A stretch of DNA of 64,000 bases from Limisphaerales bacterium (GCA_044225505.1 JBGAIN010000005.1:1-64000); one strand, 5' to 3'. Counted from the stretch's first letter, positions 19,308-29,609 are shown. Translations and numbers: made by a program. The notes: a model not told the origin generated them from the letters alone.

Positions 19308-20177
19308 TTGTCTTGGGACAACGCAGGCTTCCGAATCGTGGAATGGACATTACAGAGCCTCTGGCGTTTCGTAGTGGAGATCACTATTCTAACGGTGACC
19401 TTCTACTACGCGTTTATGTTCATCCGGGGCACGCGCGGGTGGCCGGTGGTCATTGGATTTTCCGTCATTTTGGCAATGACGCTCCTGAGCCGGGCCTTTC
19501 AGTTGGAAGTCCTCAGTTTTTTGCTTCAGTACTTTCTGACCATTTTAGCCGTGGCGGTGCTCGTCATTTTTCAGCCAGAACTCCGCCGGATGCTGGCTGA
19601 GCTGGGCAACCTGCCTTTATTCTATACCGCGCGTGAGCAGCGCGAGAATATCGAGGTGATTGTTCAGGCCGCCGAGCGGCTAGCTGAGGCGCGGATTGGC
19701 GCTTTGATGGGTATCGAGCAATCCATTCAACTGCAAGAAGTCGTTGAGTCGGGCATCCTGGTGGATTGCGAAGCGACTCCGGAGATGATCGAAACCATCT
19801 TTTTCCCGAATAACGCCATTCATGACGGCGGCGTTATCATTCGTGGCGACCGGATTGCCTTTGCGGCATGCATCTTTCCACTGACGCAACGTCAGGATTT
19901 GAACAAATCATTGGGGACACGCCACCGGGCGGCCATTGGGTTGACCGAAGAAACCGACGCCGTGGTGGTTGCTGTTTCTGAGGAGACTGGGGCGATTTCG
20001 TACGCCTACAAAGGTCACCTGGTCCGCGGGGTGACGGCTGAGGAGCTACGTTCCTTCCTGACTTCTGTGTTTGTGAGGGAACTTAAATCGCGCACGTTGG
20101 TAGGGCGGTTTCGATCCTGGTCTGCGCAACGATCGAGTCCGTCCCTTCCCGCGGTCACCAAAGCGCAGCATAAGTGA
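19308..20177 (+). CDS. cdaA: Diadenylate cyclase CdaA/DacA
   Basis: Three N-terminal TMs, VIFQPELRR, HDGGVII and LGTRHRAAIG catalytic motifs, VSEETG. Confidence 0.95.
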   Translation: MSWDNAGFRIVEWTLQSLWRFVVEITILTVTFYYAFMFIRGTRGWPVVIGFSVILAMTLLSRAFQLEVLSFLLQYFLTILAVAVLVIFQPELRRMLAELGNLPLFYTAREQRENIEVIVQAAERLAEARIGALMGIEQSIQLQEVVESGILVDCEATPEMIETIFFPNNAIHDGGVIIRGDRIAFAACIFPLTQRQDLNKSLGTRHRAAIGLTEETDAVVVAVSEETGAISYAYKGHLVRGVTAEELRSFLTSVFVRELKSRTLVGRFRSWSAQRSSPSLPAVTKAQHK

Positions 20178-20602
20178 GTATGGTAGTAGGACGCGACTTT
20201 GTAGTGAACAACTTCCGCTGGAAGTTGACTGCTTTGCTGCTGGCCATGCTGGTTTGGTTTGTGATAAAGTTCGCAATCTATAGAGAGATGACAGGGGGCC
20301 GGCACCAGGTCCTCAGACGTCAGACAGTAATGGTCTTAACAGCGCCGGATGATGTGAGGCTGTTCCGCCTTGATCCACCCCAAGTCGATGTGGTGGTCCA
20401 AGGAACGCGTGAATTGACCGGCGACGATGTCGAAGTGTTTCTAGATTTAACAACCATGCCCGACGTAAATACCGCGCTTAAACAAGTTATCGTCCGCTCG
20501 GTGGAAGCGACTAAGGTCGTCCGGACGGATCCCCCGTTTGTCATGGTGGAACGTATGAATCCGGCACCCGAGGCCATGACCAATAGCTTGCAGCATCCAT
20601 GA
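20174..20602 (+). CDS. cdaR: Short CdaR/YbbR-like membrane protein
   Basis: NNFRWKLTALLLAMLVWFVI TM typical of CdaR, then one YbbR-like domain; lies between cdaA and glmM. Confidence 0.7.
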   Translation: MSMVVGRDFVVNNFRWKLTALLLAMLVWFVIKFAIYREMTGGRHQVLRRQTVMVLTAPDDVRLFRLDPPQVDVVVQGTRELTGDDVEVFLDLTTMPDVNTALKQVIVRSVEATKVVRTDPPFVMVERMNPAPEAMTNSLQHP

Positions 20603-21984
20603 AATCCTCTTCAAAAAAGATTTTCGGAACCGATGGAGTCCGGGGCACTGCCAATATCGAACCGGTCACGTCCGAAACGGCCCTCCGCCTCGGAAGAGCG
20701 GCCGGCCACGTGTTTCGCAACCTGCAAACGCCCCGCGCTCGTGGCAAACACAAGATTGTCATCGGCAAGGACACCCGACTATCGGGTTACATGCTCGAGA
20801 ACGCCCTCTCCTCCGGCATCTTGTCGATGGGAGTCGATGTGTTGTTCATCGGACCGCTGCCCACACCGGGCGTGGCATATGTGACCCGCAGCCTCCGCGC
20901 TGATGCTGGCATCGTCATCACCGCCTCCCACAATCCTTATGACGATAACGGAATCAAATTCTTCCGTGCGGACGGTTATAAGCTGGACGATGGGATCGAA
21001 GCGCAGATCGAAGAATTGGTGTTTAGCGGCGAGATCGAAAATATTCGACCGACCGCGGAGGCCATCGGAAAAGCCGTCCGTATCGATGATGCCCTGGGAC
21101 GCTACATCGAGTATGCCAAAGCTTCCTTTCCGAAAGGCCTGACATTGGACGGCATGCGCATCGTTTTGGACTGTGGACATGGCGCTTCGTATAAATCCAC
21201 CCCGTGCGTGCTTCGAGAACTGGGCGCCGAAGTCATTGTTTTCGGAAATCAGCCTGATGGCATGAACATCAACAAAGAATGCGGTTCGATGCATCCGCAA
21301 CAGATGTGCCAGAAGGTGTATGAATATCGCGCGGACATCGGGATTGCTCATGACGGCGACGCGGATCGCGTGCTGCTCTGTGACGAGAAGGGAGATGTGA
21401 TCGATGGCGACGACATCATGGCGATTGCCGGGTTAATGATGATCGAACAGGGAACGTTGAAGAATAAAACGCTGGTCGCCACGGTGATGAGCAACGCGGG
21501 TTTGGAGTCGGCCATGCAAGCAGCGGGAGGCACGATGTTGCGCACTGCGGTAGGGGATAAACACGTGATCGATAAGATGCTGCAGCACGGCTACAATCAG
21601 GGCGGAGAGCAGAGCGGGCACTTGAACTTCGGGGACTTTAGCACGACGGGCGACGGCCTCGTCGCGGCGCTGCAAATCCTGCAAATCATGAAGTCCAAAC
21701 AAAAGCCGCTCTCGGCTTTGGCTCGCTGTTGGTCGCGCTTTCCGCAGGTCGTCACGAACGTTCGCGTGCGGGAAAAGCGGCCTTTAGAAGAGATTGACGG
21801 GTTGAGCCAGCTGGTCGCTCAGGCCGATACGGAGCTGAAGGCAGAAGGTGGCCGGGTACTTTTGCGCTACTCAGGAACGGAACCGAAAGCCAGGCTGCTT
21901 TTGGAAGGCCCGAACCGCTCGACGCTCGAACGGTGGAACGGCAAGATTACCGAGGTTCTGAAAAAACACCTGGGCGTGCTTTAG
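20599..21984 (+). CDS. glmM: Phosphoglucosamine mutase
   Basis: FGTDGVRG, GKDTRLSGYMLE, ITASHNP, HDGDADR, GGEQSGH, RYSGTEP. Confidence 0.96.
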   Translation: MKSSSKKIFGTDGVRGTANIEPVTSETALRLGRAAGHVFRNLQTPRARGKHKIVIGKDTRLSGYMLENALSSGILSMGVDVLFIGPLPTPGVAYVTRSLRADAGIVITASHNPYDDNGIKFFRADGYKLDDGIEAQIEELVFSGEIENIRPTAEAIGKAVRIDDALGRYIEYAKASFPKGLTLDGMRIVLDCGHGASYKSTPCVLRELGAEVIVFGNQPDGMNINKECGSMHPQQMCQKVYEYRADIGIAHDGDADRVLLCDEKGDVIDGDDIMAIAGLMMIEQGTLKNKTLVATVMSNAGLESAMQAAGGTMLRTAVGDKHVIDKMLQHGYNQGGEQSGHLNFGDFSTTGDGLVAALQILQIMKSKQKPLSALARCWSRFPQVVTNVRVREKRPLEEIDGLSQLVAQADTELKAEGGRVLLRYSGTEPKARLLLEGPNRSTLERWNGKITEVLKKHLGVL

Positions 21985-21994
21985 TCGGCGGATC

Positions 21995-22498
21995 CTATTC
22001 CGGTTTTTCCAGGAAGACAATTCGGGCGCCTGATTTAGTTGAGTCAGGCTGCGTGAATCGATCCAAGAGAGAAGGCGCAGCCGCCGTGGACGGCGTCGAT
22101 GCGGGCGAACGACGGGGCGCTTCCGCCTCGGGATCCAAAGCCGACCGTAGCGCGCCTTCGACGAGCTGAGCGCAGTGAATCTTCATCGGTGGCAACGGCC
22201 CTAACTCCCCAGCGAGTTCCTCGGTTTTCAAAGCCAAGGCTTCTTCGCGGGTTTTCCCCTTGATCAGTTGAGTGGCCAAGCTCGCCACGGCAATGGCCGT
22301 CTCACAGCCGAACGACTGGAAGGTAGCGCGGTCAATCACGCGTTTTCCGTTTTCCTGTTTATATTTAATCCACATCCGGAGCATCTCCCCACAACCCGAG
22401 TCACCGACGGCACCGACAGCGTCGGCGTCAAGCAGTTCCCCAACGTTCTGCGGATCGCGCATCGCACGGGCGATTCGTTCTTCAAGGTCGTTGTTCAT
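21995..22498 (-). CDS. IscU/NifU-N-type Fe-S scaffold-like protein
   Basis: DPQNVGEL, GDSGCGEMLRM, FQSFGCETAIA, LPPMKIHCAQL (three Cys and an LPPxK motif); start at ATG 22498 or GTG 22531. Confidence 0.85.
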   Translation of the reverse strand: MNNDLEERIARAMRDPQNVGELLDADAVGAVGDSGCGEMLRMWIKYKQENGKRVIDRATFQSFGCETAIAVASLATQLIKGKTREEALALKTEELAGELGPLPPMKIHCAQLVEGALRSALDPEAEAPRRSPASTPSTAAAPSLLDRFTQPDSTKSGARIVFLEKPE

Positions 22499-22531
22499 AA
22501 CACCAGTTTTAGGAATTTGTATCGTATCCAC

Positions 22532-23077
22532 CTACGCTAGCCGATATCGAGGCACTTCCGCGTCGACCTCCTGCGACCAAGCGTCGATGCCACCTTGCAG
22601 GCAACGGACCTGCTCGAACCCATGACCCGCAAAGTAAGCCGCGGCGTCGAGCGCTGAGCGTCCCAGGTGGTCGATAATCACAATCGGCTCGGTGCGTGGC
22701 CAGTGGCTCATGACCTCCTGCATTAGGGCCTGCGACATCAGTACCGAGCCTGCAATATGGACAGCCTCGAACTCCTGTCGCGGTCGAACATCCAGTAATT
22801 TTAGGTCGGGGCATCGACCGCGCCACTCAGCCAGTGCCCGGGCGGTAATGAGTATTTGGCGGTCCGCTTCGTGGCTCGACTCAATATAGGCGGCCACTTC
22901 CTGGGGATTGAGCTGATTATTGCGAGCGCAAACCTGGGACAACGTCTCGGCCGGTTGGAAGGCGCAGCTGCTGCAGCCGCCAATGTGATATCGCCGGAAC
23001 AACGCGCGTTGCGCGCCCGGAAACGACTGGAGAATCTCCTGCATCGTCCAGTCTGGATTGACGTTTGACACGGCCAT
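22532..23077 (-). CDS. DUF1858-like CxxC domain fused to a rhodanese-like domain
   Basis: N-terminal WTMQEILQSFPGA...IGGCSSCAF...ETL; C-terminal LLDVRPRQEFEAVHIAGS...LQGGIDAWS. Confidence 0.8.
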   Translation of the reverse strand: MAVSNVNPDWTMQEILQSFPGAQRALFRRYHIGGCSSCAFQPAETLSQVCARNNQLNPQEVAAYIESSHEADRQILITARALAEWRGRCPDLKLLDVRPRQEFEAVHIAGSVLMSQALMQEVMSHWPRTEPIVIIDHLGRSALDAAAYFAGHGFEQVRCLQGGIDAWSQEVDAEVPRYRLA

Positions 23078-23093
23078 AGGGGACGCTTGTGCT

Positions 23094-24356
23094 TCAGGAT
23101 CCAAAAAATCTTTGGATCTCGCGAATCACTTCCACGAGACGATCGGCTTCCTGAGTGTTGTTGTAAAAATAGAAACTCGCCCGAGCTGTGGACGGAACCC
23201 CAAGCTTGCGCATGAGCGGCTGGTTGCAATGGTGCCCACCGCGGAGAGCGACTCCGCGTTGGTCCGCGAAAGTCACGACGTCATGTGCATGCACGTCTTG
23301 CAGGAGGAAACTGACCAAACCAGCCCGACCGGTGGTTGGTCCAAAGAGGCGGATTTGTTTCAGCGACGCGAGTTTCTCGTAAACATAGGCGCCCAGGTAT
23401 TGATCGTGGTCAGCGATGTTCTTTCGGCCAATACTGTCGAGGTAATCCATGGCCGTGTGCAGCGCGATCACGCCCGAAATATCCGGTGTGCCCGCTTCGA
23501 ATCGGTGCGGAGGTTTCTTGAAGCTCACTTTGTCGTACTCGACACTCAAAATCATTTCACCTCCGCCTTGGAATGGGGGCATCCCTTCCAAAACTTCCAT
23601 GCGTCCGTAAAGCACCCCGATGCCCGTGGGGCCACACATCTTGTGCCCGGAAAATGCAAGGAAGTCACAGCCAATTTCCCGCACGTCCAGTGGGCGGTGC
23701 CCCGCACTTTGCGCCGCATCCACCAAGGTCACGATGCCTCGGGTCCGTGCCCGCGCGCATAGCTCCGCGACCGGGTTTACGACGCCCAGAGAGTTAGAAA
23801 TATGCGTCAATGCCAAGAGCTTAGTCTTGGGCGTCAACCAATTGTCCAATCGACTTAAGTCTAGACTTCCCCCGTCAGGCGCCAACGGGATGTACCTCAC
23901 TTCCGCTCCGGTCTTTTTGGCCAACATCTGCCAAGGCACGATGTTGCTGTGGTGTTCCATTTCCGTCAGGAGAATCTGATCCCCTGCTTTAAGGTTGGCC
24001 AAGCCCCAGGTATTCGCGACCAGGTTGATGCTTTCGGTGGTCCCACGCGTGAAGATAACTTCGTCCGCGCTTCCGGCATTAAGGAAGCGTCCGGTACGCT
24101 CGCGGGCAGCTTCAAATGCCGCTGTCGCGCGATTGCTCAGTTCATGAATGCCGCGATGCACATTGGCGTTATCGAACTCGTAATAGTGACGCAACGCGTC
24201 CAGCACCGCTCTCGGTTTCTGAGTGGTCGCGGCGTTGTCCAAGTAAACGAGGGGATGGCCATGGACCTTTTGATCGAGAATCGGAAAGTCGGCGCGATGC
24301 TTGGCCCAGTCCAACTCGGATTGTGCCGGCGGTAAGGAGGAGCGCTGGGTCGTCAT
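23094..24356 (-). CDS. sufS: Cysteine desulfurase SufS
   Basis: YLDNAATTQKP, ANVHRG, EHHSNIVPWQ, FSGHKMCGPTG (PLP Lys), RGGHHCNQP. Confidence 0.96.
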   Translation of the reverse strand: MTTQRSSLPPAQSELDWAKHRADFPILDQKVHGHPLVYLDNAATTQKPRAVLDALRHYYEFDNANVHRGIHELSNRATAAFEAARERTGRFLNAGSADEVIFTRGTTESINLVANTWGLANLKAGDQILLTEMEHHSNIVPWQMLAKKTGAEVRYIPLAPDGGSLDLSRLDNWLTPKTKLLALTHISNSLGVVNPVAELCARARTRGIVTLVDAAQSAGHRPLDVREIGCDFLAFSGHKMCGPTGIGVLYGRMEVLEGMPPFQGGGEMILSVEYDKVSFKKPPHRFEAGTPDISGVIALHTAMDYLDSIGRKNIADHDQYLGAYVYEKLASLKQIRLFGPTTGRAGLVSFLLQDVHAHDVVTFADQRGVALRGGHHCNQPLMRKLGVPSTARASFYFYNNTQEADRLVEVIREIQRFFGS

Positions 24357-24913
24357 CAGTAGAGACCGAGTTGGAGCTTGGCCGCTTCGCTCATCATGCT
24401 CTGGTTCCAGGGCGGTTCCCAAACGAGCTCCACATCCGCCTCGTCCAAACCGTCTAGTGAAAGGAGTTTGTTTTGCACGTCTTGGGCGAGCATCGGGCCC
24501 ATCCCACAACCAGGTGCGGTCAAGGTCATTTTCACGGTGGCTTGAAATGCGGAACTCGCCTTCAACGGGGTCAGGCGGCAATCGTAAATGAGCCCAAGAT
24601 CGACAATATTAACCGGGATTTCGGGATCGTAACAAGTCCGCAAGGCTTGCCACACCTCTTTTTCGAGCTCTTCGATCGTCTTGGTGGATTGGCCGCTCCC
24701 AGATGTTGCGCGCTTTTCCACCTCAAAACCGAGCGCATCCGCATTTTTGCCCTCGATGCGGAACATATTGCCGTTCACAACCACCGTGTAACTTCCGCCT
24801 AACGATTGAGTCACGTAGGCTTGTTCACCTTTCAGAAGCGTCACCGTAGTCCCTACGGGAACGACTGCAGCTTCTACATCTCGCTGCAGGGTTACGGGTT
24901 CATTGGCATGCAT
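24356..24913 (-). CDS. sufT: Fe-S assembly protein SufT (DUF59, long form)
   Basis: TQSLGGSYTV, CYDPEIPVNIVDLGLIY, MTLTAPGCGMG, WEPPW. Confidence 0.92.
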   Translation of the reverse strand: MHANEPVTLQRDVEAAVVPVGTTVTLLKGEQAYVTQSLGGSYTVVVNGNMFRIEGKNADALGFEVEKRATSGSGQSTKTIEELEKEVWQALRTCYDPEIPVNIVDLGLIYDCRLTPLKASSAFQATVKMTLTAPGCGMGPMLAQDVQNKLLSLDGLDEADVELVWEPPWNQSMMSEAAKLQLGLY

Positions 24914-24950
24914 AATTCTCGTCCTTCTGTCGCCACTAACCTCAATCCCA

Positions 24951-25409
24951 TCAAAGTTTTTCCGTCTCCGTTGTGACAGGCTCGCCTTTACCCTCGACCG
25001 CCGCGAGGGCGGCGTGCCAGGGCAGAATCGCGCATTTGACGCGTGCAGGAAACTTGTGGACCCCGGCAAACACCGAAAGTTTCCCGACGCCGCTATCGCT
25101 GACTTTGCCGGTGGTGATCATTTCGTGCACTCGATCGAAAAGCGCTTTCGCCTGCGCTTTATCTTTCCCCTTCAACGCTTCGGTCATTAAAGATGCGGAA
25201 GCCTTGGAGATCGCGCAACCGGAACCCTGAAAGGTAATGTCCTGGATCAAATCCCCTTCCATCACCGTGTAGAGTGTGTAGTTGTCTCCACAGAGCGGAT
25301 TGTAGCCCTGCGCCGTATGGCTCGGCTGATCGAGTTTGCGAAAGTTTCGCGGACTCTTGCTGTGATCAAGAATCACTTGCTGATAAAGGTCGACGAGATC
25401 ATCAAACAT
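24951..25409 (-). CDS. sufU: SUF system NifU-family protein SufU
   Basis: LYQQVILDHSKSPRN, GYNPLCGD, GSGCAISKASAS, PARVKCA. Confidence 0.93.
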   Translation of the reverse strand: MFDDLVDLYQQVILDHSKSPRNFRKLDQPSHTAQGYNPLCGDNYTLYTVMEGDLIQDITFQGSGCAISKASASLMTEALKGKDKAQAKALFDRVHEMITTGKVSDSGVGKLSVFAGVHKFPARVKCAILPWHAALAAVEGKGEPVTTETEKL

Positions 25410-25417
25410 ACGATGCC

Positions 25418-26776
25418 TCACTTCGTGACCGCAATTTGCTGGTTCTGTTCAAGCCGGTCCCACACCAGTCTATCGAGAGTTTCTCGAATCGGTTCGCTTC
25501 GAATTCGGTCTATGATTTCCCCGGCAAACGCGTGCATTAACATCCGCCGGGCTCTTTCTTTTCCAATGCCTCGCGCGCGCAGATAGAAAATCGATTCTTC
25601 ATTGAGCTGGCCGATCGTGGCCCCGTGGGTGCATTTCACGTCGTCAGCGTAAATCTCCAACTGAGGCTTGGTGTTGACGCCGGCATCGTCCGAGAGCAAC
25701 AGGTTCTTATTGGTCTGTTTGGCGTCGGTCTTCTGTGCAATTTGACGCACAAGAATCCGTCCATGAAAGACTCCTCGCGATTTTCCATCAAGAATGCCGT
25801 TGAAGTACTCATGACTGTTACAGTGCGGTTGCGCATGCTCAACGATCATGTGATGATCAGCCAATTGTTCGTCCTTGGTGATGTAAAGACCGTTGAGGAC
25901 ACATTCGATCCCCTCTCCCGCCAAGACAGTCCGAATGTTATTGCGCGACAACCGGGCGCCCGAGACGAACGAGTGCGCAATGAAGTTGGAGCTCCGCCCG
26001 AGTTCGGCATGCAATGAAGCCATGTGGAAGCTGTTGCTGTTTTCCTCCTGAAACTTGCAGTGCTCGACCTTGGCCCCGGGTTCGAGCACCATTTCGGTCA
26101 CCACGTTCGTAACGTGCGCTTGCTCCGTGAGACTCGCGTAATGTTCGAGAATCGTCGCTTCGCTCCCAGCCTCCGCCACCACCAAGTGCCTAATCTGAGC
26201 CGTAACGTCGCCCGGTCCGCCGGTCGACAGATGCAGCACGTGAATCGGATCCCGCACGACCGTGCCTCGCGGTAAGAAGATGAAGGCACCATCCGTAAAG
26301 AACGCCGTGTTCAGAGCGGCAAAGGCATTTTGTTCATCTTGTCGATATCGCCCCAAATGCCGCTCGACAATTCCTGGCGACGCGGCCAAAGCGGCAGCCA
26401 GATTCAGAATCTCAATTCCCTTTTCTCCCGGTCCAACACGCGAAAGCTCCTGGTTAAAGTAGCCGTCCACAAAGACGAGCTTCGTTCCGCGAAGACTGCC
26501 AAACGTCGTCTGGAGCGCAACGCTCGGTGCCGGACTTCCCGATGGCGACCCGCGCGGGTTTAAGGGCAGTCGAGTGATAGGTGCGACATTCGTGAATCGC
26601 CAATCTTCGTCTTCCGTCGTTGGAAATCCAAGTTCGGCAAAGCGGGCGAGGCCCGCCTGGCGCTGGGCAACAAGCCATGCCGGCTCGCGGGACGATGACG
26701 CCTGTTGGAATCGATCGAACTTTTCCCAGTAATCCTCAGTCGAACGAGGAACAGGTCGGGTAGATGCCTGAATCAT
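25418..26776 (-). CDS. sufD: Fe-S cluster assembly protein SufD
   Basis: GFPTTEDEDWRFT, FAALNTAF, AQKTDAKQTNKNLLLS, KPQLEIYADDVKCTHGAT. Confidence 0.95.
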   Translation of the reverse strand: MIQASTRPVPRSTEDYWEKFDRFQQASSSREPAWLVAQRQAGLARFAELGFPTTEDEDWRFTNVAPITRLPLNPRGSPSGSPAPSVALQTTFGSLRGTKLVFVDGYFNQELSRVGPGEKGIEILNLAAALAASPGIVERHLGRYRQDEQNAFAALNTAFFTDGAFIFLPRGTVVRDPIHVLHLSTGGPGDVTAQIRHLVVAEAGSEATILEHYASLTEQAHVTNVVTEMVLEPGAKVEHCKFQEENSNSFHMASLHAELGRSSNFIAHSFVSGARLSRNNIRTVLAGEGIECVLNGLYITKDEQLADHHMIVEHAQPHCNSHEYFNGILDGKSRGVFHGRILVRQIAQKTDAKQTNKNLLLSDDAGVNTKPQLEIYADDVKCTHGATIGQLNEESIFYLRARGIGKERARRMLMHAFAGEIIDRIRSEPIRETLDRLVWDRLEQNQQIAVTK

Positions 26777-26789
26777 GCGGAGCTCCTTC

Positions 26790-27548
26790 CTACGCCGTCT
26801 GGAGATTGTCTTTGATAATCCAGTCGTAGCCCTGCTCTTCCAACTGGAGGGCGAGCTCTTTGCCGCCCGATCGGACGATCCGACCATCAAAGAGGACGTG
26901 AACGAAGTCCGGCACGATATAATCCAAAAGGCGCTGATAATGCGTAATCACGAGTTGCGCCGTGTCCGCCCGCTTTAACCGGTTCACGCCCGTCGCCACA
27001 ACTCGCAGCGCGTCAATATCGAGCCCGGAATCGGTCTCATCGAGGACCGCGAGCTTCGGCTCCAACACGGCCATCTGAAAGATTTCGTTGCGTTTTTTTT
27101 CACCGCCCGAGAACCCTTCGTTGACAGGCCGCTTCAAAAGATCCTCATTCAACTCCAGGAGTTTCATCTTCTCCTTCACCAACGTGAGGAACTCCATGGC
27201 GTCGAGTTCGGGCAAGCCCTTGTGCTTCCGGACTTCGTTTAGCGCTGCTTTCAGAAAGTAAGTGCTATTTACCCCGGGAATTTCGACCGGATACTGAAAC
27301 GCAAGAAACACTCCTTCGCGCGCCCGTTCCTCGGGCGCCAAGTCCAACAAATTCTTCCCCGCATAAATAATCTCGCCAGCCGTTACCTCGTAGCCGTCGC
27401 GGCCTGCAATGATCTGCGCGAGAGTACTCTTCCCGCTCCCGTTGGGTCCCATGACGGCATGCACTTGCCCAGGGTGAATCGTCAGATTGACCCCTTTTAA
27501 AATCTCCCGGTTTTCCACTCCGGCGTGCAGGTTCTTAATTTGCAGCAT
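26790..27548 (-). CDS. sufC: Fe-S cluster assembly ATPase SufC
   Basis: GPNGSGKST, FLAFQYPVEIPGV, VNEGFSGGEKKRNE, LDETDSGLDID. Confidence 0.97.
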   Translation of the reverse strand: MLQIKNLHAGVENREILKGVNLTIHPGQVHAVMGPNGSGKSTLAQIIAGRDGYEVTAGEIIYAGKNLLDLAPEERAREGVFLAFQYPVEIPGVNSTYFLKAALNEVRKHKGLPELDAMEFLTLVKEKMKLLELNEDLLKRPVNEGFSGGEKKRNEIFQMAVLEPKLAVLDETDSGLDIDALRVVATGVNRLKRADTAQLVITHYQRLLDYIVPDFVHVLFDGRIVRSGGKELALQLEEQGYDWIIKDNLQTA

Positions 27549-27655
27549 AGTTCGTTTTATCTTCTCCGTTCGATCCCGAGCCTCAAAGCGACAGCTCGCT
27601 TCCCGTTTGCGGACGGGAAGGCAGCGACCGTCACGTGCGCCCGATCCAGTTTTCT

Positions 27656-29104
27656 CTAACCCACGCTTCCTTCCAAACTTACTCCCAAGAGCTTTTGCGC
27701 TTCCACCGCAAACTCCATGGGCAGTTCGCGAAAGACCTCTTTGCAGAAGCCGTTGACGATCATGTTCACTGCATCTTGGGTCGACAAACCCCGCTGGTTG
27801 CAGTAGAAAATCTGATCTTCCCCAATCTTCGATGTCGTCGCTTCATGCTCGACTTGAGCTGATGTATTCTTGACTTCAATGTAAGGAAACGTGTGAGCGC
27901 CACATTGATTTCCTAGAAGCAAAGAATCGCACTGCGAGAAATTACGCGCGTTTATTGCGCTCTTCTGAATCTTCACCAAACCACGATAACTATTCTGCCC
28001 GTGGCCCGCGGAAATGCCTTTGGAAACGATGGTACTCCGCGTGTTTTTCCCGATGTGCACCATTTTCGTTCCTGTGTCGGCTTGCTGATAGTTGTTGGTC
28101 AGCGCCACGGAGTAAAACTCCCCGCTTGAGTTATCTCCTTGCAGCACAACGCTCGGATACTTCCAAGTAATCGCTGATCCGGTCTCCACTTGCGTCCAGG
28201 AAATCTTGGAATTCCTCCCTTTGCAAATCCCTCGCTTCGTCACAAAGTTGTAAATCCCGCCCCGTCCTTGCTCGTCGCCAGGGTACCAGTTTTGGACCGT
28301 GGAATACTTAATCTGCGCGTTCTCGAGGGCCACCAACTCCACCACGGCAGCGTGCAGCTGATTCTCATCCCGCATCGGGGCGGTGCATCCTTCCAAGTAA
28401 CTTACGGACGCTCCGTCCTCTGCGACGATCAAGGTCCGTTCGAATTGCCCTGTATTAGCCGCATTGATTCGAAAGTAGGTCGACAGTTCCATAGGACAGC
28501 GCACGCCACGCGGAATGAAGCAGAATGAACCGTCGCTAAAAACCGCTGAGTTTAGTGCAGCGTAAAAGTTGTCCGTGTACGGCACGACCGATCCAAGATA
28601 CTTCTTCACGAGATCGGGATGTTCGCGCACCGCTTCACTGAAGGAGCAAAAGATAATGCCCTTCTCGAGCAGCTTATCCTTGAATGTCGTCCCAACGGAG
28701 ACGCTATCAAACACCGCATCCACCGCCACTCCGGCCAGGCGTTCTCGTTCTTTCAGTGGGATCCCGAGTTTTTCGTAGGTTTCCAGCAACTTGGGATCAA
28801 CGTCGTCTAAAGATTTCGGCCCATCCCCTTTTCGCTTGGGTGCGGAATAGTAGACGATTTTCTGAAAGTCGACCGGTGGATATTGGACTTTAGGCCAGCG
28901 AGGTTCTATTAATGTTTGCCAGTGCCGGAATGCTTTCAATCTCCACTCCAGCAAGAATTCGGGTTCACCCTTCTTCGACGAGATCAGACGAATGATATCT
29001 TCGTTAAGACCGGGCGGAGCCGCGTCGGCTTCGACATCCGTAACGAATCCGTACTTGTAGTCGCGTTTGACGAATCCCTCGATGGTTTCTGTGGCAGTGC
29101 TCAT
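27656..29104 (-). CDS. sufB: Fe-S cluster assembly protein SufB
   Basis: [59 protein letters not shown] end. Confidence 0.97.
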   Translation of the reverse strand: MSTATETIEGFVKRDYKYGFVTDVEADAAPPGLNEDIIRLISSKKGEPEFLLEWRLKAFRHWQTLIEPRWPKVQYPPVDFQKIVYYSAPKRKGDGPKSLDDVDPKLLETYEKLGIPLKERERLAGVAVDAVFDSVSVGTTFKDKLLEKGIIFCSFSEAVREHPDLVKKYLGSVVPYTDNFYAALNSAVFSDGSFCFIPRGVRCPMELSTYFRINAANTGQFERTLIVAEDGASVSYLEGCTAPMRDENQLHAAVVELVALENAQIKYSTVQNWYPGDEQGRGGIYNFVTKRGICKGRNSKISWTQVETGSAITWKYPSVVLQGDNSSGEFYSVALTNNYQQADTGTKMVHIGKNTRSTIVSKGISAGHGQNSYRGLVKIQKSAINARNFSQCDSLLLGNQCGAHTFPYIEVKNTSAQVEHEATTSKIGEDQIFYCNQRGLSTQDAVNMIVNGFCKEVFRELPMEFAVEAQKLLGVSLEGSVG

Positions 29105-29129
29105 TTCGGTTGGGAAAGCGATCTCAGAT

Positions 29130-29567
29130 CTAAGCTTTGCTGGAGCAGGCGGGGCAAGCGCCGTGGATCGCAATATTGTAGTGCTTCACCTTAAAGCCCT
29201 CGGGCATTTGTACGCAATTCTGAACGGAGCTCAGCGGGAGCTTCACGTCAAAAACTTCCCCGCAATGTTGGCAGACAAAATGACTGTGCTCCTCCATATT
29301 GGGGCAGAACCGCGTGGCGCCTCGATCCAGGTTCACCAACCGCACCAATCCACTCTTCACCAGGGCGTCCAGACAATTGTAAACAGTCGCCATGGAGATG
29401 TCCGGCACTTCACGCTTCGCCCGAATGAAGACTTCTTCAGCGGTGGGATGATCGCGTTGTTGGAGGAGCATGTCATAGACATGTTGACGGTGCGGCGTAA
29501 AACGAAAGCCGCTATGGGCGAGCCGCTCGTTTAACTGCCTATCCGCGGAATGACTTTGCGCATGCAT
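29130..29567 (-). CDS. Fur-family transcriptional regulator (PerR/Irr-like)
   Basis: [40 protein letters not shown]. Confidence 0.9.
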   Translation of the reverse strand: MHAQSHSADRQLNERLAHSGFRFTPHRQHVYDMLLQQRDHPTAEEVFIRAKREVPDISMATVYNCLDALVKSGLVRLVNLDRGATRFCPNMEEHSHFVCQHCGEVFDVKLPLSSVQNCVQMPEGFKVKHYNIAIHGACPACSSKA

Positions 29568-29578
29568 TCGAGGCGTGG

Positions 29579-29606
29579 ACTGTAACTCAAGACGATCTCG
29601 TGTCAA
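29579..29606 (-). promoter_or_regulatory. Sigma70 promoter of the fur-suf operon
   Basis: Minus strand TTGACA (29606-29601), 16-nt spacer, TACAGT (29584-29579). Confidence 0.6.
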
Positions 29607-29609
29607 GAG

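Noticed and set aside
24357..24581. Long N-terminal extension of sufS in the ORF track (similar cases for sufT, sufD, sufB and the mlaF-like gene)
   Set aside because: They overlap upstream genes in other frames; downstream starts match family N-termini and give typical coupled junctions.
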